A stretch of DNA of 64,000 nt from positions 1 to 64,000 of IMG/VR virus record IMGVR_UViG_3300026097_001055; one strand, given 5' to 3'. Under the pieces are notes generated by a model. That model saw nothing but the letters and a program-made list of their open reading frames with translations, was not told the DNA's origin and searched no databases. Of this stretch, positions 26,901 to 36,311 are shown piece by piece. Source of the stretch: a virus. Position numbers and translations under genes: made by a program. The stretch's first letter is position 1; the number at the start of each line of letters is the position of its first letter.

Positions 26901-27236
26901 ATAGATGAAAAAACTAAAGATGACGGTACTGTAGTTAAAAAAACTTATGGTGTTGAAAGAATTCCTGATCCTATGCTTATAGTAGAAATGCAAGCTTATG
27001 AAGAAGGTCTCAATGTTGATAGATTAGTTTCTTTTTCTGCACTTGTTGCTTATATGAAAATACTTGAATCTAATATGGGTTTGAAGAAAAGAATAGAAAA
27101 AGATGATGCAGCAAAAAAATTGGAAAAGTCAGAAAATTTGTTTAAATTGAATAAGAGTCCCTTCCGTCATGTAGGTAATTCTAATACTGTTTACGGAAAG
27201 AAAATTAAAAGAAGTGCGTTTAAAAATCTTAAATAA
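23961..27236 (+). CDS. terL: Terminase large subunit with intein
   Basis: LKKRQIAS..SY Walker A region, FFHEEAG Walker B, SIDPVGEG nuclease motif, LVENN and NVDRLV; position before portal. Confidence 0.92.
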   Translation: MEEFIIDIPTWDKGNWTTTTFNSLEEFKEYILSIFKLPGQYKFNKDLLEVTKQEAFNFEKKDYYCTKPFMSKDYVDYWDFEKAKCRKGLIVKSGKDSWFITRDYYMWLNFLPIFDKEKTKFGFAKLRDAQYHMALYELLAELHHKHAAILKKRQIASEQPHSEPVLGEHGWTTMGAVQPGDKLWNPDGTLTTILHKSNNGVSDVYEFTFGDGRTTRCGIEHNWEVYDKAAKKTKVLNTKKLLEIGIFSTPVKSNKKIYNNYRFAIQTCKPIELLSSPVPVDPYVLGALLGDGYINNRSVYISGADQEVFDNIQNNLGTDYLLKETGYMKQSITYKKRFTHTGKKYSNDQYGVNPLLRELIKLGLGNKGKNTKFIPDCYKTSSIKDRIALIQGMMDTDGYVNAQGNDLHFTNVNKRLIDDFTEVARSLGLKVKLDTKENKNGLFYRARISGDIQFDIFKLTRKQERFNKRKSKTTFTLVPITNITKLDYQEQSSCIVVDNPNHLYITRDYIVTHNSYFHAAKLINQLWFEEGVTLKMGAALKDYINDKGTWKFLDEYSNFLNEHTAWYRPLNPKKVLMWQQKIEEKVNGRSRDKGLKGTIQGMSFEKDPTNSVGGPVKYFFHEEAGIAPKMDQTYEYIRPALKSGFVTTGLFIAAGSVGDLDQCGPLKDMINHPKANDIYAVETNLIDEKETIGLSGLFIPEQWSMPPYIDDYGNSLVEKALKALSEQFAEWKKDLTPEQYQLRISQHPRNIKEAFATRTVSKFPQHLLSQQAERIREKEYAYEFLDIFQNAKGEPEVKTTNKIPVSEFPVSKKATDKTGALVVWERPVENPDFGMYFASIDPVGEGRTTTSESLCSIYVYKRKIEVTKVNGDEVTTYVERDKVVAAWCGRYDDINTTHERLRLIIEWYNAKTLVENNISQFINYMIGMNKQKYLIRKDEMVFLKDLGSNSTVYQEYGWKNTGRLFKDHLLSYVIEYVKETIDEKTKDDGTVVKKTYGVERIPDPMLIVEMQAYEEGLNVDRLVSFSALVAYMKILESNMGLKKRIEKDDAAKKLEKSENLFKLNKSPFRHVGNSNTVYGKKIKRSAFKNLK
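24432..25502 (+). mobile_element. Class 3 intein with LAGLIDADG homing endonuclease in TerL
   Basis: (S)EQPHSEPVL..GW..MG...GD start, EHNW (block B), LGALLGDG and IQGMMDTDG, SSCIVVD (block F), YIVTHN/S splice junction. Confidence 0.9.
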
Positions 27237-27241
27237 ATAAA

Positions 27242-30010
27242 ATGCAAGTAGTTTCAGCAATGCAGCTCAAAAAAGGAGCTAAGACTAAAGAAAATAGAAT
27301 GGGTGCGATAACGCAACCATTACAATTTTTGCCAAAAAAAGAAAAAGACCAAGAATGGGCTGCATGGAATATTGATTGGTTAGAATGGAATGGGCTTAAA
27401 CAAATAAAAAAGAAATCAAGAAGACTTCTTAAAAATTATAAATTAGCTCAGGGTGTAATAGATAAATCTGATTATATTGTAGAAGAAAATCCTGAACACA
27501 GAGATATCTTAGAATATCTTACTCAAGAAGATGATGCAGCATTAGAATTAAAATTTTATCCTATTATACCCAATGTTATAAATGTACTTACTTCAGAATT
27601 TGCAAAAAGAAACACTAAAGTAACCTATAGAGCTGTAGATGATTATTCATACAATGAGCTTATGGAACAAAAAAGAGTTGAAGTAGAAGAAGTTCTATTA
27701 GCAGAAGCTGAAAGTAAAATTCTTGCTGCTTTATTAGAACAAGGACTAGATCCACAATCAGAAGAAGCTCAACAACAACTTAACCCAGATAATTTAAAAA
27801 CTCTTCCTGAAATTGAAAACTTTTATAAAAAAGATTATAGATCTATGATTGAACAATGGGCTGATCATCAGCATAAAGTAGATCATGAAAGATTCAGAAT
27901 GGAAGAACTTGAAGAAACAGGTTTTAGAGATATGCTTGTTACAGATAGTGAATTCTATCATTTTAGAATGATGGAAGAAGATTATCATATAGAATTATGG
28001 AATCCTATACTTACTTTCTACCATAAGTCACCAGGCACCAAATATATGTCAGATGCTAATTGGATAGGTAAAACAGAAATGATTACTGTAGCAGATGCTA
28101 TTGATAAATACGGTTATATAATGGATGAAGATCAAACAGCTGCATTAGAAGCTGTATATCCTATTAGATCTGCAGGTTATATCATAGGTGGTCAGCAAAA
28201 TGATGGTAGTTTTTATGACACTAGTAGATCTCATGAATGGAACACTAATATGCCTTCATTAGCAATGAGACAATATACTTCTGCTGTAGGTATGAAAAGT
28301 GTTACTAATGGAGCTGATCCTATAAATGAAGTTTTACAAGAAAGTGAAGATTATGATAATGAAGGTACAGCTTTCTTAGTAAGAGAAACTATAGTATACT
28401 GGAAGTCTCAAAGAAAAGTAGGTCACCTTACTAAGATTTCTGATAATGGTGAAGTTGTTCAGGAAATTATAACTGAAGATTATAAAATTGTAGATAAACC
28501 TATTTATGATACAAGACTTTTTAAAAATAAATCTAAAGACAACTTAGTATTTGGAGAACATATAGATTGGATATGGATTAATGAAACTTGGGGTGGTGTA
28601 AAACTAGGACCAAACTTACCTAGCTTTTGGGGTATGAATAATCCTGATGGATTTGCTCCTATTTATTTAGGTATAGATAAAAATAAGATAGGACCTTTAA
28701 GGTTTCAGTTTAAAGGTAATGATAGTTTATATGGATGTAAAAATCCTGTAGAAGGAGCTGTATTTAATGATAGAAATGTTAAATCAGTTTCTTTAGTAGA
28801 TTTAATGAAAGCTCATCAGGTGGGATATAACCTAGTTAATAATCAAATTGCTGATATATTAGTAGATGAATTAGGTACTGTTATACTACTTGATCAAAAT
28901 GGATTACCTAAACATTCATTAGGAGAAGATTGGGGTAAAGGAAATTATGCTAAAGCTTATGCAGCTATGAAAAATTTTCAGATTCTTCCCTTAGATACAA
29001 CTATAACTAATACAGAAAATCCTTTAAATTTCCAGCATTTTCAAAAGTTAGACATGGAGCAGACTAATAGACTTATGTCTAGAATACAGTTAGCTAATCA
29101 TTTTAAACAACAGGCTTATGAAACTATTGGTATAACTCCACAAAGATTAGGTCAACAGATAAGTCAACAAGATACTGCTACGGGTATACAACAATCTGTT
29201 AATGCTTCTCATGCACAAACTGAAGTTTATTTTATACAACATTCAGATTATTTAATGCCTAGAGTACATGAAATGAGAACTAACTTGGCTCAGTATTATC
29301 ATTCAACTAAACCTTCATCTAGACTTACATATATGACAAGTAATGAAGAAAAAGTTAATTTTGAAATTAATGGTACTGATTTACTAATGAGAGATCTTAA
29401 TATATTTTGTTCTACAACAGCTAATCATAGACACATTTTAGAACAATTAAAACAATTAGCAATTACTAATAATACTACAGGAGCTTCTATTTATGATTTA
29501 GGAAAAGTTGTTCAGTCTGAATCTATAGCTGAACTTAATAATGTTATGAAATCTGCAGAACAAAAAGCACAACAACAACAACAAGAAGAACAACAACATC
29601 AACAACAGTTACAAGAACAAGAAATTCAAGCTCGTGCTGCTGAAGAGAAAGCTAAACTTGATTTTGAATCTACAGAAAAAGAAAAAGATAGAAGAAAAGA
29701 TATTCTTGTTGCTGAGATTAGATCTGCTGGATTTGGAGCTATGCAAGATAAAAATGAAAATATGCAATCTGACTACATAGATTACATGAAAGATCTTAAA
29801 GAAACACAACAGTATACTGAACAAACTAATTTGCAAAAAGAAAAAATGAATACTGATGCTATGCAGAAAACAGAAAAGCTGCAAATAGAAAGAGAAAAAC
29901 TTCAAGCACAAAGAGAAATAGCAGATAAACAACTACAAATAGCTAAAGAAAATAAAAATAAATGGGACTTTGCAAGTCCTAAAAATAAAAATAAAAAGAA
30001 AGATGAATAA
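27242..30010 (+). CDS. Portal protein (crAss-like)
   Basis: 922 aa directly after TerL; YPIIPNVINVL and GITPQRLGQ motifs; coiled-coil C-terminus. Confidence 0.88.
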   Translation: MQVVSAMQLKKGAKTKENRMGAITQPLQFLPKKEKDQEWAAWNIDWLEWNGLKQIKKKSRRLLKNYKLAQGVIDKSDYIVEENPEHRDILEYLTQEDDAALELKFYPIIPNVINVLTSEFAKRNTKVTYRAVDDYSYNELMEQKRVEVEEVLLAEAESKILAALLEQGLDPQSEEAQQQLNPDNLKTLPEIENFYKKDYRSMIEQWADHQHKVDHERFRMEELEETGFRDMLVTDSEFYHFRMMEEDYHIELWNPILTFYHKSPGTKYMSDANWIGKTEMITVADAIDKYGYIMDEDQTAALEAVYPIRSAGYIIGGQQNDGSFYDTSRSHEWNTNMPSLAMRQYTSAVGMKSVTNGADPINEVLQESEDYDNEGTAFLVRETIVYWKSQRKVGHLTKISDNGEVVQEIITEDYKIVDKPIYDTRLFKNKSKDNLVFGEHIDWIWINETWGGVKLGPNLPSFWGMNNPDGFAPIYLGIDKNKIGPLRFQFKGNDSLYGCKNPVEGAVFNDRNVKSVSLVDLMKAHQVGYNLVNNQIADILVDELGTVILLDQNGLPKHSLGEDWGKGNYAKAYAAMKNFQILPLDTTITNTENPLNFQHFQKLDMEQTNRLMSRIQLANHFKQQAYETIGITPQRLGQQISQQDTATGIQQSVNASHAQTEVYFIQHSDYLMPRVHEMRTNLAQYYHSTKPSSRLTYMTSNEEKVNFEINGTDLLMRDLNIFCSTTANHRHILEQLKQLAITNNTTGASIYDLGKVVQSESIAELNNVMKSAEQKAQQQQQEEQQHQQQLQEQEIQARAAEEKAKLDFESTEKEKDRRKDILVAEIRSAGFGAMQDKNENMQSDYIDYMKDLKETQQYTEQTNLQKEKMNTDAMQKTEKLQIEREKLQAQREIADKQLQIAKENKNKWDFASPKNKNKKKDE

Positions 30011-30137
30011 TAAGAAGTTATTTATAGCTATATAATCATAAAAAAAATATATCTAAATATTAGTTTTTTTAAATTTTATAAGTTTATTTGTTTAGAAATA
30101 CTTATATTAAAGTATAACATAAAAACCAAAAAAAGTT

Positions 30138-31433
30138 ATGTCACAAGCAAATGAAATAATTAATGATTCTACAACAGTAGAAGAAACAGATGTAAACCTA
30201 GATGATATATTCGGTGTAGGTGCAGACAATGTATTGTTACCTAATGAAGAAAAAAAGTCAGTATTCACAAAAGAAACTGTAGATACTTCATTTATAGATA
30301 ATACTGATAATGAACCTAAAGAAGAAGTTGTAAACAGTTCTTCAGAAGAAGATTCAAACTCTGAGTCTAATACTGAAACTTTAACAACCGAAAAAAACTT
30401 AGATGAGAATATTGATCAAGAAATTGATGAGTTAGATAAACTTATTAATGAAGAAGAAGAAATTGAATCAAAAGGTGGTAGACCTAAACTTGATAAAAGT
30501 GGTTTATTAGAAATAGCTACTAAAATGATTGATGAAGGTTCATTAATGCCATTTGATGATGATAAACCTTTAGAAGATTATACAGCAACTGATTTTAGAG
30601 AACTTTTTGAAGTTAACTTTCAAGAAAGAGAAAATAAAGTAAAAGAAAAAGTACCTCAAGAATTTTTTGCATCTTTACCTAGAGAGTTACAAGCAGCAGC
30701 TAAGTATGTTGCTGATGGAGGTCAAGATTTAAAAGGTTTATTTAGAACTTTAGGTCAAGTTGAGGAAATGCTTGATTTAGACCCTAGTAATGAAACACAT
30801 CAAGAAGAAATTGCTAGACAATTCTTTTATGCTACTCAGTTTGGAACTCCAGAAGAAATAGAAGCAGAAATTGAAGATTTAAAAGATTTAGATAGATTAG
30901 GTAAAAAAGCTGAACAGTTTAAACCTAAGTTAGATAAAATGCAAGAAGAAATTGTTGCAAGAAAATTAGCTGAACAAGAAGTACAAAAACAAAAACAAGA
31001 ACAAGCTGCACAAGCTTATACTGAGAATGTTTATAACACTCTTGTTAAAGGTGAAATTAGTGGTGTTAAATTAGATCGTAAAACACAAAGTATGCTATAC
31101 TCTGGATTAGTACAACCTAATTATCCTTCTATTTCTGGTAAGCAAACTAATTTACTAGGACATCTTTTAGAAAAGTATCAATTTGTAGAACCTAGGCATG
31201 ATCTTATTGCTGAAGCTTTATGGTTACTTCAGGATCCAGATGGATATAAAAATAAAATTAAAACTATAGGTTCTACTGAAGCAACTGCTAACACAGTAAG
31301 AAAATTAAAAACAGCTGAAGGTCAAAGAGCAACTGTTTCCGGAGGTACTAGAACACAGAAAGAAAAAGCTCCTAGAAAACCTCAAGCAAGAAGAACGATA
31401 CAAAAACCTAATAAAAATATTTTTAGTAGATAA
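30138..31433 (+). CDS. Putative scaffolding protein (crAss gene 77-like)
   Basis: Acidic N-terminus, helical; lies between portal and major capsid protein. Confidence 0.7.
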   Translation: MSQANEIINDSTTVEETDVNLDDIFGVGADNVLLPNEEKKSVFTKETVDTSFIDNTDNEPKEEVVNSSSEEDSNSESNTETLTTEKNLDENIDQEIDELDKLINEEEEIESKGGRPKLDKSGLLEIATKMIDEGSLMPFDDDKPLEDYTATDFRELFEVNFQERENKVKEKVPQEFFASLPRELQAAAKYVADGGQDLKGLFRTLGQVEEMLDLDPSNETHQEEIARQFFYATQFGTPEEIEAEIEDLKDLDRLGKKAEQFKPKLDKMQEEIVARKLAEQEVQKQKQEQAAQAYTENVYNTLVKGEISGVKLDRKTQSMLYSGLVQPNYPSISGKQTNLLGHLLEKYQFVEPRHDLIAEALWLLQDPDGYKNKIKTIGSTEATANTVRKLKTAEGQRATVSGGTRTQKEKAPRKPQARRTIQKPNKNIFSR

Positions 31434-31465
31434 ACAAATAAGTAAACAATAAATAAATAAATATA

Positions 31466-33082
31466 ATGAGTACACCAGTTTTAAACAATGGTATCTTTCT
31501 ACGAGATACAGCTTACAATGCTAGTTCACATGTAGATTCTTACCACCTGGTTAACATGTTGAAAGACGCAGAACCTATGGATATGGGGCCAGTAGACCTT
31601 TGGGCTATGGCACAAAAAGTAGAAATGCCTCTTTATCAAATGGCTAACTTTGGAGGTAAGAATGTTGTTATGGTTGACAATGCAAGAGGAGAGTATAAAT
31701 GGCAAACACCAGTTAGTCAAGACTTACCTTACATTATTGAAGACTTAGAACCTGCTAATGAGTACAAAGGAGTAGACGGAACAACTTTCCGTATTAAGAC
31801 CAACAAGCGTGAATTTGGTCATGGAGACATTATTACTTATGATAAGTATAATGGTATTGAACTTTACATCACTGATGAAGACATTCTTCCTACAGGTGAT
31901 GGTTTTGTTTATACTGTTAGTCTTGTTAATAATGGTAATGCACGTTTCTTTGATAACAGATTCCTTGCTTCAGGTACTAAGTATTTCCGTAAAGGTTCTG
32001 CTCGTGGTGAATATGGAGAAAGATTCTCTGATATTACTACAGGTGCAGGATTCCGTGAGTTCTATAACTATGTAGGAGGTGCAGAAGCACACGTGCATTA
32101 TTCAATTTCTTCTCGTGCTGACCTTATGATTAAGGGTGGTATGAATGCAGACGGTACAGTTCCAGTAACTGAAATCTGGAGAAACTTTGATAAAACTGTA
32201 GATCCATCCATTAACTCTCTTGAGGACATGGTTAAAGTTATGGGTAAAGACAAAGTAAAGAAAGCTTTTGATAATGGAGATTTATCACGTACTTTCCTTA
32301 CTCAAATGGAATCAGCTCATTTAACTAAAATTGCTAAAGATATTGAGACATACCTTATGTGGGGTCATGGTGGACGTGTTCGTCAAGATGGTCCAGATGA
32401 TGTTAGATTATCAGTAGGTCTTTGGAAGCAATTGGATAACTCTTTCAAAAGAGTATATAACAAGAACAACTTTACATTAGATTTATTCCGTGGAGAAATT
32501 TATAATTTCTTTAATGGTAAAGTTGAGTTTGAAGGTCCAGATCCAAAACGTGAGTTAATTGTACAAACTGGTATGGCCGGTATGCGTATGGTTAATGAAG
32601 CTATTGCTAATGAAGCTGTTAACTCTGGTCTTGTTATTCAAGCTGCAGATATCGGTGCAATCACTGGTAAAGGTATGGACTTGAATTTTGGATTCTCTTA
32701 CACTTCTTATGTTATTCCTTTCTTAGCTAACGTTAAGTTTGTAGTTAATCCAGCATTTGATAATGTTCATACAAATGATATTGAGAACCCAATCATTGAT
32801 GGTTACCCATTATCATCTTATTCTTTCATCATCTTTGATATTACTGATAACACTAATGATAACATATTCTTATTGAAGTTATCTTGGGATAATCAGTTGA
32901 AATGGTGGTATCAGAATGGTACTATGGATTACATGGGACGTAGCCAAGGATTCCAGTCTTCTGGACAATTTAATGGATATCGTGTAATGATGTCACAAAC
33001 AATGCCTGCTATTTGGGTTAAGGATCCAACTAAGGTTCTTAAAATAGTAATGAGAAACCCAATTACTGGAGGAAGTTTCTAA
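31466..33082 (+). CDS. Major capsid protein (crAss-like)
   Basis: 538 aa after scaffold; strongly biased codons; GLWKQL, VNPAFD and IWVKDPTK..KI motifs; followed by a terminator. Confidence 0.88.
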   Translation: MSTPVLNNGIFLRDTAYNASSHVDSYHLVNMLKDAEPMDMGPVDLWAMAQKVEMPLYQMANFGGKNVVMVDNARGEYKWQTPVSQDLPYIIEDLEPANEYKGVDGTTFRIKTNKREFGHGDIITYDKYNGIELYITDEDILPTGDGFVYTVSLVNNGNARFFDNRFLASGTKYFRKGSARGEYGERFSDITTGAGFREFYNYVGGAEAHVHYSISSRADLMIKGGMNADGTVPVTEIWRNFDKTVDPSINSLEDMVKVMGKDKVKKAFDNGDLSRTFLTQMESAHLTKIAKDIETYLMWGHGGRVRQDGPDDVRLSVGLWKQLDNSFKRVYNKNNFTLDLFRGEIYNFFNGKVEFEGPDPKRELIVQTGMAGMRMVNEAIANEAVNSGLVIQAADIGAITGKGMDLNFGFSYTSYVIPFLANVKFVVNPAFDNVHTNDIENPIIDGYPLSSYSFIIFDITDNTNDNIFLLKLSWDNQLKWWYQNGTMDYMGRSQGFQSSGQFNGYRVMMSQTMPAIWVKDPTKVLKIVMRNPITGGSF

Positions 33083-33102
33083 TAATCTCAGAATAACATA
33101 AT

Positions 33103-33130
33103 AGGGGAGGGTAACTCCTCCCCTTTTTTT
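33103..33130 (+). terminator. Rho-independent terminator after the major capsid gene
   Basis: AGGGGAGG-GTAACT-CCTCCCCT followed by a T tract. Confidence 0.85.
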
Positions 33131-33155
33131 AATAAATATAAAAACCAAAAAAAAG

Positions 33156-34169
33156 ATGAGTGAAAATTTCACAATGGTAGAAGTACCAACAGACAAAAAA
33201 ACAAAAATTGCTATCAGACCTTTTGTTGATAAGCAAGTTGAGAACATGGGTCTAGAGACCTACGGACAAGCGTTGTATGATGGTGTAGTACACTATGAAC
33301 AATTAGCATGTTTAGAGAATAACGGTGTAATTAGATATCTTACAGGATTAAATGAATTTGCTCCTGAGATTAAACAATTACCTAAAGAAATGCGTGAAGC
33401 TAGAGTTAAGCATATTCGTGAAGCTATAGCAGATTTAGAAAAAGAATTAGCATCTAATGTAATAGATACAGAAGATACTGAATTTTGGAACAAGGTTCAA
33501 TTATTAAGACCTAATAATACTGAATTTTGGAATAAGATATCAATCCAATGCAGTAATGAACCCACTTATTTAGACATGACCAATCCATATGACCGAATTA
33601 AGCTTTATGCTATTGAGGCTGGAGGATTTGATATAGTTGCTAAAAGTTATGAGGATGCAAAAACAAAAAGCAAACCTCCTAAGTTTTATTTAGACAAAGA
33701 AGAAGAAACAGTATCTACAAGAACTGAGTACAAAAAATTACGTAATAAAGCTCTTTCTGAACTTGAAAAACTTTTTGCTAAAAATACTACTAAGTTATTT
33801 TATATTGCTAAAGTTGTAGATATTAATAGTGTACAGTATAAGAAAGATACTCCTAAAGATATTCTTTATGATAATATGGATAAACATATTCATGGAGAAG
33901 GAGGTGAATCTAATATGGAACGTGCAGCTAAGTCTTTCTTAGATGCTGTAAATTCTAATATGGAAACCCTTAAACTTAGAGCTGTAGTAAAAGATTCAGC
34001 TTATTATAAATTAATTTCTACCAAATCTGATGGGTATTTTTATCATATGAAATCAGGTACTGTGTTAGGTAGAAACGTTTCTGATGTAGTAGAATTTTTA
34101 AAGAATCCTATGAATGATGACATTTTTAAAATTCTAAATACAGAAATTGAAAAATTGTGGAATATTTAA
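33156..34169 (+). CDS. Conserved crAss gene-75-like protein
   Basis: Synteny after the capsid gene; NTEFW and LGRNVSDVVEFLKNPMN motifs. Confidence 0.65.
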   Translation: MSENFTMVEVPTDKKTKIAIRPFVDKQVENMGLETYGQALYDGVVHYEQLACLENNGVIRYLTGLNEFAPEIKQLPKEMREARVKHIREAIADLEKELASNVIDTEDTEFWNKVQLLRPNNTEFWNKISIQCSNEPTYLDMTNPYDRIKLYAIEAGGFDIVAKSYEDAKTKSKPPKFYLDKEEETVSTRTEYKKLRNKALSELEKLFAKNTTKLFYIAKVVDINSVQYKKDTPKDILYDNMDKHIHGEGGESNMERAAKSFLDAVNSNMETLKLRAVVKDSAYYKLISTKSDGYFYHMKSGTVLGRNVSDVVEFLKNPMNDDIFKILNTEIEKLWNI

Positions 34170-34181
34170 AATTATATAATA

Positions 34182-34406
34182 ATGCCTATTAGAAAATTAA
34201 GTTTTAAAAAAAGCAAAGAAGAAATTCTTAAAAATAAAAAAGCTCAAAAAACTACCAGTACAAAAAAAGCGGCAGGAACTAAACCTGCTGCTAAATCTGA
34301 ATTAACCCCAGAACAGATTGCTGAGAAAAAAGCTAAAAAGGCTAAAGCTGATAAAAAGTACAGAGCTAAGAAAAAAGCTGAAAAGGAAGCAGCTAAAGAC
34401 AAGTAA
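34182..34406 (+). CDS. Lys/Ala-rich basic protein (histone H1-like composition)
   Basis: Very high K and A content. Confidence 0.7.
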   Translation: MPIRKLSFKKSKEEILKNKKAQKTTSTKKAAGTKPAAKSELTPEQIAEKKAKKAKADKKYRAKKKAEKEAAKDK

Positions 34407-34424
34407 CAATTTAAATAATATAAA

Positions 34425-35135
34425 ATGAAAAGTGTTAAAAAAAGAACACCTTTAAAAAAAGCACAAGCTGGTGGGGCTAAAAAGAGAATTGCTAAAAGAA
34501 TTGCTAAAAATGAAGCAAAAAAAGAACTAGCTATTGCAAAAGGTAAAAAAAAGGCTGCTAAAACAAAAGCCAAAGAAGAAAGAAAAACTATTAAAGCTGT
34601 AAATAAAAATACTCGTTCTAAAATAGAAGGTTATAAAAATACAGCAGATAAAAGAAAAACAAGAGCTAAAACAGCACAAAAAACTATTGGAGCAGCTAGA
34701 TCTAGTAAAAGAGATGTTAATGTTAAAGGAGACCGTAGACTTATTGGTAATAATACAAAAGTAACTAAAACTGATAATAGTGTAAAAAATAAAAGTACTA
34801 ATTTAAAAAGTAGTTCATCAGCTAGTCAACAACAACAACAAAAACAAAGTACAGGTTCTGGTAATAAAAGCTCTGATAATAGAAGAGGAGACACAAGAAG
34901 ACCTGGGCCTCAAAAACCTAGACCTCAAAAACCTAGACCTCAAAAACCTAGACCTCAAAAACCTAGACCTACTACTCCTGAAAGTCGTAAGAAATTAGAT
35001 GACCTACTTAAAAGTGGTAGATATAAGACTATGAAAAAAGGAGGTTCTAAACCTAAAGCAAGATACGGAAAAACAGTAAAACCTGCTATGATGAAAAAAG
35101 GTGGTGCTGCTAAAAGAAAAACAACTAAAAAATAA
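34425..35135 (+). CDS. Lys-rich basic protein with PQKPR repeats and MKKGG motifs
   Basis: 236 aa, very basic; AQAGG and MKKGG x2. Confidence 0.75.
   Translation: MKSVKKRTPLKKAQAGGAKKRIAKRIAKNEAKKELAIAKGKKKAAKTKAKEERKTIKAVNKNTRSKIEGYKNTADKRKTRAKTAQKTIGAARSSKRDVNVKGDRRLIGNNTKVTKTDNSVKNKSTNLKSSSSASQQQQQKQSTGSGNKSSDNRRGDTRRPGPQKPRPQKPRPQKPRPQKPRPTTPESRKKLDDLLKSGRYKTMKKGGSKPKARYGKTVKPAMMKKGGAAKRKTTKK
34908..34967 (+). repeat. 15-bp perfect tandem repeat x4 (encodes PQKPR)
   Basis: CCTCAAAAACCTAGA x4. Confidence 0.95.
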
Positions 35136-35141
35136 ATAATC

Positions 35142-35309
35142 ATGACAGGATCAATGAAGAACCCAAACAACATGGCTACTTTTGAAGTTCAAAAATCTCC
35201 AAAAGGACGTGTAGGTGGAACAAGTGTTTCACCAGCTACTGCTCAAATGAAACCTAAAGGTAGAGTAGGTGGTACATCTAAGGCACCAAATAAAGCAATG
35301 CCTTGTTAA
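35142..35309 (+). CDS. Small basic protein (55 aa) with duplicated PKGRVGGTS
   Basis: Manual translation MTGSMKNPNNMATFEVQKSPKGRVGGTSVSPATAQMKPKGRVGGTSKAPNKAMPC. Confidence 0.65.
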   Translation: MTGSMKNPNNMATFEVQKSPKGRVGGTSVSPATAQMKPKGRVGGTSKAPNKAMPC

Positions 35310-35369
35310 ATTAATGTGCTCCTCATGCCTCTTAACAATGCACACTTGAGGAGCCTTTTAATAATTATT

Positions 35370-35546
35370 ATGAGTAAGAGTAAAGTAAATAAAGCTGGTA
35401 ATTATACCAAACCTGGAATGCGTAAAAAGCTTTTTGAAAAAATAAAAGCTGGAAATAAAGGTGGTAGTCCAGGACAGTGGTCAGCTAGAAAAGCTCAGAT
35501 GCTTGCAAAGCAATATAAAGCTAACGGTGGTGGTTATAAAAATTAA
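35370..35546 (+). CDS. Small basic protein, N-terminal half of DUF5872-like family
   Basis: YTKPGMRKKL...GGSPGQWSARKAQMLAKQYKANGGGY; start re-set to ATG 35370. Confidence 0.7.
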   Translation: MSKSKVNKAGNYTKPGMRKKLFEKIKAGNKGGSPGQWSARKAQMLAKQYKANGGGYKN

Positions 35547-35572
35547 TTATTAATATAAAAAACAAAAAAATT

Positions 35573-35755
35573 ATGCCAAACAATATGAAAAAAGCAGGAA
35601 TGAAGTACAAAAAAGGCGGCTCTTCAATGAAAAGCGGAGGTACTAAGTTAAAAGAAGCATTAACAAAAGCTGGATATAAGAAAGGTGGAGGAGTAAAGAA
35701 AAAAGCTGCAACTCCTTCTTCTAAAAAAAGAATTTCTGTTAAAAAGAAAAAGTAA
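35573..35755 (+). CDS. Small Lys-rich protein with YKKGG/MKSGG motifs
   Basis: 60 aa, three GG motifs. Confidence 0.7.
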   Translation: MPNNMKKAGMKYKKGGSSMKSGGTKLKEALTKAGYKKGGGVKKKAATPSSKKRISVKKKK

Positions 35756-35760
35756 TAGCA

Positions 35761-36015
35761 ATGGCAAAAAAAGCACCTCAAAAAAGTTTAGATAAATGGA
35801 CTAAACAAAAGTGGAGAACTGCAAGTGGAAAACCTTCTACTCAAGGGAGTAAAGCTACTGGTGAGGTGTATGCACCTGCTAAAACTATTTCTAAACTTAA
35901 AAGTTCAAAAGCTGGTAAAAAAAAATTAGCTAATGCTAATAGTGTAAAAAGAAAAGCTACTAAACAAGGTAAACAACATGCACCACATGGTTTACATAAA
36001 GGTAAAAAAAGATAA
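35761..36015 (+). CDS. Small basic protein, C-terminal half of DUF5872-like family
   Basis: QKSLDKWTKQKWRT.SGK...GEVYAP motif. Confidence 0.7.
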   Translation: MAKKAPQKSLDKWTKQKWRTASGKPSTQGSKATGEVYAPAKTISKLKSSKAGKKKLANANSVKRKATKQGKQHAPHGLHKGKKR

Positions 36016-36017
36016 CA

Positions 36018-36305
36018 ATGGCTACTAAAAAAGATTCACGTTTAGCTAAAGTAGGAGTAAGTGGTTATAATAAACCTAAACGTACTCCTAGTCATCCTAC
36101 TAAATCTCATGTAGTTGTAGCTAAAAAAGGTGATAAAATTAAAACTATCAGGTTTGGTCAACAAGGTGTTAAAGGTGCTGGTAAAAACCCTAAATCTGAT
36201 AAAGATAAAGCACGTAAAAAATCTTACTATGCAAGACACAATGCCCAAGATTCTAAACCTGATAAGTTATCTGCTAGATATTGGTCTCATAAAGTTAAAT
36301 GGTAA
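36018..36305 (+). CDS. Small basic protein (DUF6321/DUF5754-like)
   Basis: IRFGQQG...RKKSYYARH...SARYWS...W motif. Confidence 0.7.
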   Translation: MATKKDSRLAKVGVSGYNKPKRTPSHPTKSHVVVAKKGDKIKTIRFGQQGVKGAGKNPKSDKDKARKKSYYARHNAQDSKPDKLSARYWSHKVKW

Positions 36306-36311
36306 TATAAA

